Positions 9,869 through 18,316 of a stretch of 34,342 nucleotides of DNA are shown here, piece by piece (the first letter of the stretch is position 1; every line of letters begins with the position of its first letter). The translations under genes were made by a program, and so were the position numbers. Origin of the DNA: Bosea sp. (in: a-proteobacteria) (GTDB taxonomy: Bacteria > Pseudomonadota > Alphaproteobacteria > Rhizobiales > Beijerinckiaceae); assembly GCA_031375605.1 (NCBI GenBank), contig JANMIB010000467.1, forward strand, positions 1-34,342. The letters run 5' to 3'. A model generated the notes under the pieces. It did no database searches. It was not told the origin of the DNA and saw only the letters and a list, made by a program, of their open reading frames with translations.

Positions 9869-11478
9869 ACGCGCTTCTCAAGCTGGAAGGGCTGTCGGTC
9901 CGCCTGCCTCAAGGCGCTGACAGATCACATGCGCTGCGTGAGGTCAGCTTGTCGCTGCAGCCCAACGAAATCCTCTGCGTTGTCGGGGAATCAGGTTCTG
10001 GCAAGTCCATGACCGCGAACGCCGTGATGCGGCTGTTGCCCACCGGTGTCGTGATCGATCAGGGGCAGGTGATGTTCGGCGGGCGTGATCTTGCCAGTCT
10101 TGATGAGGCCGAGATGCGGGCTGTCCGAGGCGCAGGGATCGCCATGATCTTTCAGGAGCCCATGACGGCGCTGAACCCTTTGCGCACGATTGGCGACCAG
10201 ATCGGCGAGATGCTCAAGATCCACACGCAGCTTTCGGCATCCGCCATATCGGCCCGCGTCCTTGAACGTCTCGCAGAGGTCCGTATTCCGGACCCGGCCA
10301 TGACCATCCGCGCCTATCCGCACGAATTGTCCGGCGGGCAGCGCCAGCGCGCCATGATCGCCATGGCGCTGGCGCTTGACCCCAAAGTGCTGATCGCGGA
10401 CGAGCCGACGACCGCGCTCGATGTCACCACGCAGGCGCAGATCCTCGCGCTGATCCGCGATTTGCAGGCCCGCAAGGGCACGGGGGTTCTGTTCATCACG
10501 CATGACTTTGGTGTCGTGGCGGAAATCGCAGACAGGGTGGCCGTGATGCAGCATGGCAAGGTGGTCGAACTTGGGACCACGCACGAGGTCCTGCGCCATC
10601 CGCAGCACCCCTACACACGCCAGCTGATCGGGGCTGTGCCGCAGCTGAAGGCACCGCCACCAAGAGCCATTTCGGCCGAAACGATCCTGTCGATCGAGGA
10701 TGTGAGCAAGACCTACCGAACCGGCGGTTTCCTTCGGCGCGGGGCGCGCGTCACCCATGCCGTCAGGGATGTGTCACTCAACCTGCCGAAAGGCGGCACG
10801 CTCGGCATCGTCGGCGAATCCGGTTCGGGCAAATCAACGCTGGCGCGCTGCATCGTGCGCCTGATCGAGCCGGACAAAGGCGTGATCAGGTTGGGAGCTA
10901 CCAACATTCTGGCCTTGGGCGGTGAAGACCTGCGCAGGCAGCGTGCCCGCGTGCAGATGGTGTTCCAGGATCCGTTCGGCTCGCTCAATCCGCGCCGCAA
11001 GGCGGGTGATCTGGTGGCGCAGGGGCCTATCATCCATGGCGTTCCGCGCGCAGAGGCCGAGGCACGCGCAAAGGAGCTTTTCGAGCTGGTCGGGCTAGAT
11101 CCGGCTTCGACCGACCGCTTCCCGCACGAGTTTTCCGGCGGCCAGCGCCAGCGCATCGGCCTTGCACGGGCGCTGGCGCTTCAGCCGGATGTGCTTGTGG
11201 CCGATGAGCCCGTGTCTGCCCTTGATGTGTCGGTGCAGGCACAGGTTCTGAAGCTTCTGGCAGACCTGCGCACACGCCTTGGCCTGTCCTTGGTGTTCAT
11301 CACCCATGATCTGCGTGTGGCGGCACAGGTCTGTGATCTGGTTGCGGTGATGAAAGATGGCCTGGTTGTCGAAAGCGGCCCGACGGCACAGGTTTTCGAG
11401 CACCCGGAGCACGCCTATACCCAGGCGCTGCTTGGCTCCATTCCGGGACGGTCGTTTGCCCTGAACCAGGACGGTTGA
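9865..11478 (+). CDS. ABC transporter ATP-binding protein with two fused ATPase domains (DppD/F-like)
   Basis: Two Walker A (GESGSGKS), two signature motifs ([16 protein letters not shown]), ADEP Walker B; ATGA overlap with the permease. Confidence 0.96.
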   Translation: MNALLKLEGLSVRLPQGADRSHALREVSLSLQPNEILCVVGESGSGKSMTANAVMRLLPTGVVIDQGQVMFGGRDLASLDEAEMRAVRGAGIAMIFQEPMTALNPLRTIGDQIGEMLKIHTQLSASAISARVLERLAEVRIPDPAMTIRAYPHELSGGQRQRAMIAMALALDPKVLIADEPTTALDVTTQAQILALIRDLQARKGTGVLFITHDFGVVAEIADRVAVMQHGKVVELGTTHEVLRHPQHPYTRQLIGAVPQLKAPPPRAISAETILSIEDVSKTYRTGGFLRRGARVTHAVRDVSLNLPKGGTLGIVGESGSGKSTLARCIVRLIEPDKGVIRLGATNILALGGEDLRRQRARVQMVFQDPFGSLNPRRKAGDLVAQGPIIHGVPRAEAEARAKELFELVGLDPASTDRFPHEFSGGQRQRIGLARALALQPDVLVADEPVSALDVSVQAQVLKLLADLRTRLGLSLVFITHDLRVAAQVCDLVAVMKDGLVVESGPTAQVFEHPEHAYTQALLGSIPGRSFALNQDG

Positions 11479-11494
11479 GAGCCAGGACGGTTGA
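11466..11494 (+). repeat. 13-bp direct repeat CCAGGACGGTTGA x2 spanning the ATPase stop codon
   Basis: Copies at 11466-11478 and 11482-11494, separated by GAG. Confidence 0.8.
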
Positions 11495-11499
11495 AATTA

Positions 11500-11528
11500 T
11501 CATGACCGGATCAAGTCCGGCCATGACA
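11500..11528 (-). repeat. REP-like extragenic palindrome of Hyphomicrobiales type
   Basis: Minus strand TGTCATGGCCGGACTTGATCCGGTCATGA forms a hairpin and resembles the GTCATGGCCGGGCTTGACCCGGCCAT repeat family as I recall it. Confidence 0.65.
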
Positions 11529-11555
11529 GACACCAACGGAGCGCTTCGGACAGGT

Positions 11556-12557
11556 TTAAAGCCGCTGCGAGATCGAGATCGCGTAGGCGGGCTGACGCTG
11601 CATGAACAGGGGATCGTTCACCGGCCCTGCAAGACCATCAGCCGTGTTGGTTGGATCGAAGATGGCATTGTCGCAGGTGTCGTTCTTTTCGATCGCGCTG
11701 AAAGCGATCGTGCCGAGCTTGACCGTCGGGCGCTTGTCCTCATCGGCCCATGTCTCCGTCACCTTGCTGGCCTCATCGCCGGGCCGCGCCATGATCGCGA
11801 GCATGTCGATGCTGGCCGTCTTCGCGCCTATACGAGCGGTCAGATCAGCGACCAGGAAGTCGGCTGGCCTGGCCTTGGCCTCGTCATCGGTGAGGCCAAC
11901 CTCGCCGCCGGTCGGAGCCATGCGGAACTTCACGACCTGCTTTGCACCCGCAGCATTGGTCAGCGTGTAAGGATGGATGCCCCAGTAGTTCACGCCCACC
12001 CATGAGCCGACAACGGGCCGGGAGCCAAGAAACTTCGCCTGGTTTGTCGTCTCCGGGTTGGCATCGGTGAAGGCCTTGATCTTGTCGGCATCCGGCTTGC
12101 CGTCCGCCCCCGGCACGCGGGCCTTCAGGAAAGCCAGCATCTGGGTTGGCGATGACACGAAATTGACCGGCGCGTTGACCATGACGAATTCGGTCTGGCC
12201 CGCGCCACCCTCATCGAGCTTGAAGGAGAAACCGCGGTTGACGGTCTTGGTCGCGTCAGGAACCTTCGGGTTGCCGCCGCCGACCGAGAAGCGCGCCACA
12301 ACGCGGGAGGGCTTGTCGAAGGCTGCAGACTTGCTCAAGGCTTTGCCCTCTGGCGTGGGCGTGAAGGTGCCGATCACGCACTGCCCCTTGGCACCGCTCG
12401 GCCTTGCCATCTGGTTGCCGGCAAAGTTCCGCATCGTCTTGACGATTTCCTCGGTCTCGGGGCTCTGGGCAAGAGCCGGAGCACCAAGGCTCAGTGTCAG
12501 CACAACAGCTGGAATGCTTGCGGCAAAACCCGCTGAAAATGGTCGAAATTTCATCAT
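11556..12557 (-). CDS. Secreted catalase-related heme protein (SrpA-like mini-catalase) lacking the distal His
   Basis: Sec signal (…APALA|QS), RPSGAKGQC.IGTF, VVARFSVGGG, FVMVNAPV, FDPTN, DPLFMQRQPAYAIS (proximal RxxxY); GAGGGGG RBS. Confidence 0.88.
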   Translation of the reverse strand: MMKFRPFSAGFAASIPAVVLTLSLGAPALAQSPETEEIVKTMRNFAGNQMARPSGAKGQCVIGTFTPTPEGKALSKSAAFDKPSRVVARFSVGGGNPKVPDATKTVNRGFSFKLDEGGAGQTEFVMVNAPVNFVSSPTQMLAFLKARVPGADGKPDADKIKAFTDANPETTNQAKFLGSRPVVGSWVGVNYWGIHPYTLTNAAGAKQVVKFRMAPTGGEVGLTDDEAKARPADFLVADLTARIGAKTASIDMLAIMARPGDEASKVTETWADEDKRPTVKLGTIAFSAIEKNDTCDNAIFDPTNTADGLAGPVNDPLFMQRQPAYAISISQRL

Positions 12558-12599
12558 CGTTCCCCCTCGTGATTGCCATGCAGGCCCACACGTTACCCG

Positions 12600-12626
12600 T
12601 TCGGACAAGACGCGGAAGCAGTTACA
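12600..12626 (-). promoter_or_regulatory. Putative ECF16 (SigF/EcfF-type) promoter for the catalase-like gene
   Basis: Minus strand TGTAACT-N16-CGAA versus the Caulobacter sigmaF consensus as recalled (GTAACC-N16-CGAA); about 45 bp upstream of the start. Confidence 0.6.
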
Positions 12627-12711
12627 GCGAACACGAGTTCGTGATCGGTCAAGAGGCGCCTGGGTCGACGTTTCCCATGAGCCTTCATGGAGAGCGCAGC
12701 GCCAGGCGATG

Positions 12712-13500
12712 TCAGGCCTTGGCCAGCGTGTCCTTCAGCAGGCGCTCCGCAGCTTCGTTGGCGCACAGGATGTCCTTTGACTTGAGCGGATCGGCATGGC
12801 CATCGAGCGACACGAACGTGCCGCCCGCTTCGCGCACCAGCGCGATGCCGGCTGCAAAATCCCAAGAGTTAAGGCCGCGCTCCCAAAAAGCATCAAGACG
12901 CCCCGCCGCCACATAGGCGATGTCGAGGGCAGCAGACCCCATGCGGCGCACGTTCTGGAAGCGGGGCATCACCGCGGCCAGTTCTTTCAGGAATATGCCG
13001 TGTCCGGGCTTGCCGATGTGCGGGATTCCCGTGCCGATCAGCATTTCGGTGGCATCACGTCGGCCTGACACCCTGAGGCGGCGGTTGTTGACGAAAGCGC
13101 CCTTGCCGCGCTCGGCCATGAACATCTCGTCCTTGATGACGTCCAGCACGATGCCGGCAACCATCACGCCATCGCGCTCAAGACCGACCGAGATCGCGAA
13201 ATGCGGGATTCCATGCAGGAAATTGGACGTTCCGTCGAGCGGATCGATATGCCAGCGGTGGCTCTTGTCCGAGCCTTCGATGATGCCGCTTTCCTCCATC
13301 ACGAAGCCATAGCCGGGTCGGGCCTTGTCCAGCATCTCGAAGATCGTCTTCTCGGCCTTCCTGTCGGCTTGGCTGACGAAATCGCCGGGGCCCTTCATCG
13401 AGACCTGAAGGTTCTCGACCTCGCCGAAGTCACGCTTGAGGTTGCGGGAAGCCTTGATGACAGCATCGGCCATCACGGTCATCAGGGGCGAGCGAATCAT
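12712..13500 (-). CDS. suhB: Inositol monophosphatase family protein SuhB
   Basis: KGPGDFVSQAD, WHIDPLDGTSNF, RRMGSAALD, WDFAAG. Confidence 0.93.
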   Translation of the reverse strand: MIRSPLMTVMADAVIKASRNLKRDFGEVENLQVSMKGPGDFVSQADRKAEKTIFEMLDKARPGYGFVMEESGIIEGSDKSHRWHIDPLDGTSNFLHGIPHFAISVGLERDGVMVAGIVLDVIKDEMFMAERGKGAFVNNRRLRVSGRRDATEMLIGTGIPHIGKPGHGIFLKELAAVMPRFQNVRRMGSAALDIAYVAAGRLDAFWERGLNSWDFAAGIALVREAGGTFVSLDGHADPLKSKDILCANEAAERLLKDTLAKA

Positions 13501-13583
13501 GGAATGGGTCTTTCGGAAAGCAGGCGAAGCAGTGATCCAGACGCAACAGTCACGGAAACCGTTATCCGCGCAGGTGAACCGGA

Positions 13584-14669
13584 CTACTTCTTGACGTCGG
13601 TTGCCGTGGTTTGCGCCGCCGCGCCCGGTCTCGTCAAGGCGTTTGCCGCCACGACGTCATCTGAGAAGGCCTGCGCCCTGGCGCGCTCATCATCGGCAAG
13701 TTTGCCAAGCTCGACATCGAGGGCCTCGTCTGCCAGCCCTTGCGCCTTCGCCGCAAGATGCCAGCCACCGGCGGAGACCGCATCGCGCGTGAGCCAGCGA
13801 CCCTGGAACAGGATTCGCGCAAGCCGGTTCTGTGCAATGGCATTTCCGCGTGCCGCCGCTCTGGCAAAGCCCCGCGCCGCCGCCCGCTCATCACGCCCGA
13901 GCCCGCGTCCCGTGAACTGTAGGATGGAAAGCTCGACCTCTCCTGCAAGTGATCCGTTTGACGCTGCGCGCGCCATCATGTCGGCACCGCCCTCGACATC
14001 GAGAGGCAGGCCTCGCCCGTCCAGCATCAGAACGGCAAGGGCGTGCTGCGCGTCGGCGACCTCGCGCTCCGCGGCCTGTTGCAGGAGGGGGATGGCTCGC
14101 TTCAGGTCTTCCGGATTGCCGGTGACAAGAAGCGGCAAGGCAAGGTTGAAGGCTGCCGGACCATGCCCCTTGGCGGCTGCCTTCTGCAGCAGATCGCGGC
14201 CCATCGGTTCGTCACGTGCAAGGCCCTGTCCCTGCAGTGTCAGCATGCCAAGCGCGAAGGTGGCGTTGACATCGCCACGTGCCATCGCCAGCCGGTACCA
14301 TTCGGTCGCTTTCCGGCTGTCCTGTTTCACGCCAAGGCCCTGCAGATGCAATTCAGCCAGCAGCGTCATGGCAGCGGCGTCATTTGCATCTTCCTCAATG
14401 CGGCGCGTCGCCTGGCGGAAAGCCTCCAGAAAGAACCCGGCCTGATAGGCTCCGTAAGCACCGTCAATGGCCGGATCGGCTGGACCCGTTGGCACGGGCT
14501 GGCGCTGCGACGGCGCAGGCAGGAACGGTTGTCCTCCCTGAAGGGGTTGGCTCTGGGCAGGCTGGAGGGCTGGAGCTTGCAGCGGGTTCTGGGCCTGACC
14601 TTGCGCGGGCAGCACGGATTGCCATGCCAGCACTGCGCACAGCACAAAAGCCCTGCGCGCGCGCCTCAT
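13584..14669 (-). CDS. Exported Sel1-like (SLR/TPR) repeat protein
   Basis: Signal peptide, Pro/Gln linker, repeated Sel1 units (AMTLLAELHLQGLGVKQDSRKATEWYRLA etc.). Confidence 0.9.
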   Translation of the reverse strand: MRRARRAFVLCAVLAWQSVLPAQGQAQNPLQAPALQPAQSQPLQGGQPFLPAPSQRQPVPTGPADPAIDGAYGAYQAGFFLEAFRQATRRIEEDANDAAAMTLLAELHLQGLGVKQDSRKATEWYRLAMARGDVNATFALGMLTLQGQGLARDEPMGRDLLQKAAAKGHGPAAFNLALPLLVTGNPEDLKRAIPLLQQAAEREVADAQHALAVLMLDGRGLPLDVEGGADMMARAASNGSLAGEVELSILQFTGRGLGRDERAAARGFARAAARGNAIAQNRLARILFQGRWLTRDAVSAGGWHLAAKAQGLADEALDVELGKLADDERARAQAFSDDVVAANALTRPGAAAQTTATDVKK

Positions 14670-15304
14670 GCCGGTTGCTTGCTCTTGGCGAGGCTTTGCA
14701 GGGCGCTTGCAACAGCCTCCGCAGCCCTCGGCAGATCACCAAAGCACCATGGCCCAAGCGCCACGAACTCTGCGCGCGTCAAGGCAATGGCTTCGACAGC
14801 CTCCGCTGAGGCGGCATAGGCAACGCACGGAATCTGGAAAACCTCGGCCCACCAGCTCGAGCGATCAACCAGTTGGGACAGCGTCATGAGCGTGCCGTCA
14901 GCCCGCGGTTCTCCGAACATCACGTAGTCAGCCCCTGCTTCGCCGGCATCCATCGCATCGTCGCGCGATGTCAGGCCACCAACGCCGACAATCCGCTCTG
15001 TCTTGAGGATCTCGCGGGCTTCGCTGATCAGCAGGGGCGAGGTGACATGAACGCCATCAGCCCCGCCGCGCACCGCGATGTGCGGGGCGGTGTTGACCAG
15101 AACCGCAACCCCCGCTTCCTGCGCCAGAGGGGCCAGCGTCTTGATCAGGTTGATCTGCGCGCGTTCATCGCCTTGCGGAACATCAATCAGCAGCGATGCA
15201 GGCGACAACGCAGCCATGGCCGATGCCAGAAGCGGGCGGAAGGCCTCTGCATCGTGGATGGGCGGGCTGATCAGATAGATGTCGAACGCCATGGCTTTCA
15301 TCAA
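14666..15304 (-). CDS. Thiamine-phosphate synthase-like (ThiE/TenI fold) protein
   Basis: IYLISP, GADGVH, GADYVMFG motifs; position before sel1-suhB; 4-bp overlaps with both neighbours. Confidence 0.8.
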   Translation of the reverse strand: MMKAMAFDIYLISPPIHDAEAFRPLLASAMAALSPASLLIDVPQGDERAQINLIKTLAPLAQEAGVAVLVNTAPHIAVRGGADGVHVTSPLLISEAREILKTERIVGVGGLTSRDDAMDAGEAGADYVMFGEPRADGTLMTLSQLVDRSSWWAEVFQIPCVAYAASAEAVEAIALTRAEFVALGPWCFGDLPRAAEAVASALQSLAKSKQPA

Positions 15305-16464
15305 CCTGTTTTGATGCGGGTTCTGACATGGGCCACGCCACGCTCGATGGCAAGGGTGCCAAGTCCTGCCATCAAGGCCCAGAAGGCCGCTCCGATGCCG
15401 AACATGCTCAGGCTGGACGCGCCAACCACCAGTGTGACCACGGCAGCAAAGCGCATCCTGTCATCAGCCATGGCCCCGCCCAGCGAGGCCGCCAGCGAGC
15501 CAATCAGGCCAAGGCCGGCGACGGTCACGATCAACGCCTTCGGCATGGCCAGGATGATGGCGAGGATCGGGGCGGTCAGAAGCGCGATCAGGCACCAGAT
15601 GATCCCGTACCAGACGCCTGCGATCCAGCGCTTCGACGGGTCGGGATGGGTGTCGGGCCCTGTGCAGATCGCTGCCGAGATGGCCGCCATGTTGACCATG
15701 TGCGCGCCGAATGGGGCTGTGAGCAGCGAGGTCAGCCCAGTGATGGCAAGCGCGCCTTGCGTCGGCGGCTCATAACCCGCCTGCCGCAGCACAGCGAAGC
15801 CAGGCAGGTTCTGCGCTGCCATGGTGACCAGATAAAGCGGCAGGCCAATGCCGATGATGGCTGCCGGATCAAGGCTGGGCGTGATCCAGGTCATGCCCGG
15901 CACAAAGGACGGCAGGGGCGGGAATGTCGCCAATCCGCCTGTGAACGCGATGGCAATGCCGCCGACCAGGGCCGCGATGACCGCACCGAACGGGTTGAAG
16001 CCACGCACGACCAGAAAGATCAGCACGAGGGTTCCGACAAAGATGGGTGCCCCGCGCATTTCGTCGAACACTGCCACGACAAACCGGAAGATCACACCCG
16101 CCAGCATGGCAGAGGCAATCGGCATGGGAATGCGCGCCACCAGGGCACCAAGCGGCTTGATCAAGGCGGTGAGGATCACCAGCACCGCTGCGAAGATGAA
16201 GGCGCTGACCGCCGCATTCATGCCGACACCGGATGAAGCCGCGATCAGGGCAGCGCCCGGCGTCGACCAGGCACAGATGATGGGCATGCGGTACTTGACG
16301 CTCAGGATCAGGGCCGCCACGCCTTTCGCCACGCACAGTCCGGCAATCCAGGACACCGTCTGCTCAGGCGTGGCACCAAGCGACTGCGCCGCCGCAAGGA
16401 CCACCGCAACGGACGCGGCGAAGCCGACGAAGGCGGCGACAAAGGCGGAGAAGAGCTGGGACAA
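15301..16464 (-). CDS. BenE family benzoate/H+ symporter-like membrane transporter
   Basis: Highly hydrophobic; YRMPIICAWSTPGAAL, ASAMLAG, LYLVTMAAQNLPG, NMAAISAAIC, GIGAAFWAL; TTG start. Confidence 0.9.
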   Translation of the reverse strand: MSQLFSAFVAAFVGFAASVAVVLAAAQSLGATPEQTVSWIAGLCVAKGVAALILSVKYRMPIICAWSTPGAALIAASSGVGMNAAVSAFIFAAVLVILTALIKPLGALVARIPMPIASAMLAGVIFRFVVAVFDEMRGAPIFVGTLVLIFLVVRGFNPFGAVIAALVGGIAIAFTGGLATFPPLPSFVPGMTWITPSLDPAAIIGIGLPLYLVTMAAQNLPGFAVLRQAGYEPPTQGALAITGLTSLLTAPFGAHMVNMAAISAAICTGPDTHPDPSKRWIAGVWYGIIWCLIALLTAPILAIILAMPKALIVTVAGLGLIGSLAASLGGAMADDRMRFAAVVTLVVGASSLSMFGIGAAFWALMAGLGTLAIERGVAHVRTRIKTG

Positions 16465-16476
16465 GCGCCGCGACCT

Positions 16477-16830
16477 TCAGGATCGTCTGGCGGGTTTGGC
16501 AACCGGGATTTTCGGCAGTTTTTTCAGGCGTGCCATCTGCCAGGCCAGCAGGATGGCATCCGTGAGTTCGTCTTCGGTCAGCTTCTCGAGCTTGGCCGTG
16601 GTCCAGCCCTGCTTGCCCCAGCCACCTGCCACGGGGGCGAAGGCATCGGGGGCGAACAGACATTTGGCGCGCTGCTCGTCGGGCGTGAACTTGAAGTTCA
16701 CCGTCAAGCCATCCGGCGCCAGCGTGGCATAGGTGCGCACGACACGGAACGCCGTGCGGTCCATGTGCGGTTGCGCTTCGGTGCCCTTGAAGCCGAGGGC
16801 AAGGCGCTGGAAATCACCAGCATGTGTCAT
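16477..16830 (-). CDS. MmcQ/YjbR family DNA-binding protein
   Basis: HMDRTAFRV.RTYATL, FAPVAGGWGKQGWT, ELTDAILLAW. Confidence 0.82.
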   Translation of the reverse strand: MTHAGDFQRLALGFKGTEAQPHMDRTAFRVVRTYATLAPDGLTVNFKFTPDEQRAKCLFAPDAFAPVAGGWGKQGWTTAKLEKLTEDELTDAILLAWQMARLKKLPKIPVAKPARRS

Positions 16831-16857
16831 GGCCTTTGCCGATCCGTTTCCAGTGCT

Positions 16858-17940
16858 TCACGCCGCCTTCTTGCCACCGGTGACAGGGCTGAGTTCACCC
16901 TTGGCATAGCGCTTCGCCATCTCGGCCAGCGTGTGAACCTTCTTGATCTTGCTCGCCTGGCCCGCCGTGTTGAACTCCTGCAGACGCTGCTTGCAGAGCT
17001 TCGCCATCGCGTCCATGGCGGGCTTGAGATACTTGCGCGGGTCGAACTCGCCGGGGTTCTCGGCAAAGACCTTCCTGATCTGGCCGGTCATGGCCATGCG
17101 GTTGTCGGTGTCGATGTTGATCTTGCGCACGCCGTGCTTGATGCCGCGCTGGATTTCCTCGACCGGCACGCCCCAGGTCGGCTTCATGACGCCGCCATGG
17201 GCATTGATGATATCCTGCAGATCCTGCGGCACGCTTGATGAGCCGTGCATGACCAGATGCGTGTTCGGCAGCTTGGCGTGGATCTCCTCGATCACGTTCA
17301 TCGCCAGTACCTTGCCGTCCGGCTTGCGGGTGAACTTGTAGGCCCCGTGGCTGGTGCCCATGGCAATCGCCAGCGCATCGACATGGGTTTCCAGCACGAA
17401 TTTCAGCGCCTCGTCAGGGTTGGTCAGGAGCTGGTCGTGGGAGAGCTTGCCCTCTGCGCCGTGGCCGTCTTCCTGTTCCCCTTCGCCGCTTTCGAGGCTG
17501 CCCAGCACGCCAAGCTCGCCCTCGACCGAGATGCCGCCCAGATGCGCCATTTCGACCACTTTCCGGGTCACGGCCACGTTGTAATCCCAATCACCGGGCG
17601 TCTTGCCGTCTGCCTTCAGCGAACCATCCATCATCACGGAGGTGAAGCCGGCCTGGATCGCAGTCATGCAGGTGGCGGGCTCGTTGCCATGGTCCAGATG
17701 CACGCACACCGGGATATGCGGATAAATCTCGGTCACGGCGTCCATCATGTGCTTGAGCATGATGTCGTTGGCATAGGACCGCGCCCCGCGCGAAGCCTGG
17801 ATGATCACCGGCGCATCGACCTCGTTGGCCGCGCTCATGATCGCCAGCGCCTGCTCCATGTTGTTGATGTTGAAGGCAGGTACGCCATAATCATGCTCGG
17901 CGGCATGGTCGAGAAGCTGGCGAAGGGTGATGCGGGCCAT
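16858..17940 (-). CDS. fba: Fructose-bisphosphate aldolase class II
   Basis: [51 protein letters not shown]. Confidence 0.97.
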   Translation of the reverse strand: MARITLRQLLDHAAEHDYGVPAFNINNMEQALAIMSAANEVDAPVIIQASRGARSYANDIMLKHMMDAVTEIYPHIPVCVHLDHGNEPATCMTAIQAGFTSVMMDGSLKADGKTPGDWDYNVAVTRKVVEMAHLGGISVEGELGVLGSLESGEGEQEDGHGAEGKLSHDQLLTNPDEALKFVLETHVDALAIAMGTSHGAYKFTRKPDGKVLAMNVIEEIHAKLPNTHLVMHGSSSVPQDLQDIINAHGGVMKPTWGVPVEEIQRGIKHGVRKINIDTDNRMAMTGQIRKVFAENPGEFDPRKYLKPAMDAMAKLCKQRLQEFNTAGQASKIKKVHTLAEMAKRYAKGELSPVTGGKKAA

Positions 17941-18033
17941 AGAAACTCCTGTTCTCTCGAAATTGTTGGCGTGACTACTTTGGCACCATGTGAGCCAACG
18001 AAAATTTTTATTTCGATCTGGCGCCTGCGTTGT

Positions 18034-18042
18034 TGCTATAAC
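18034..18042 (+). promoter_or_regulatory. Extended -10-like element for the low-GC orphan gene
   Basis: TGcTATAAC about 35 bp upstream of ATG 18077; AAGGAG RBS at 18060-18065. Confidence 0.4.
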
Positions 18043-18076
18043 TGTTTACCGGCAATCAAAAGGAGATCAACCGAAC

Positions 18077-18316
18077 ATGGTAACGACGATTTCTAGAAAA
18101 CAACCACGAGACGGGGTGGCCGAACATCCTGAAAAGACTTCAAAGGGATACCAACTTTCAGCACCTGGAAAAGGTAATTTAACTGCAGACGCCACGTTCG
18201 TTCAGACTTTAGACGAGGCTGCTTTCCTTGTAGAAAAAGGCTATTCACTTCGGATGGTTAGGGAAGGCAAACGAGCCTCTCTTGTTAGCCCACCGATGCT
18301 TTACGTAGTGCGGTGA
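18077..18316 (+). CDS. Small hypothetical protein (79 aa), low GC, probably horizontally acquired
   Basis: AAGGAG RBS; the ORF fills the pgk-fba gap; hand-counted GC about 47-48% over 18061-18300, clearly below the flanks. Confidence 0.7.
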   Translation: MVTTISRKQPRDGVAEHPEKTSKGYQLSAPGKGNLTADATFVQTLDEAAFLVEKGYSLRMVREGKRASLVSPPMLYVVR

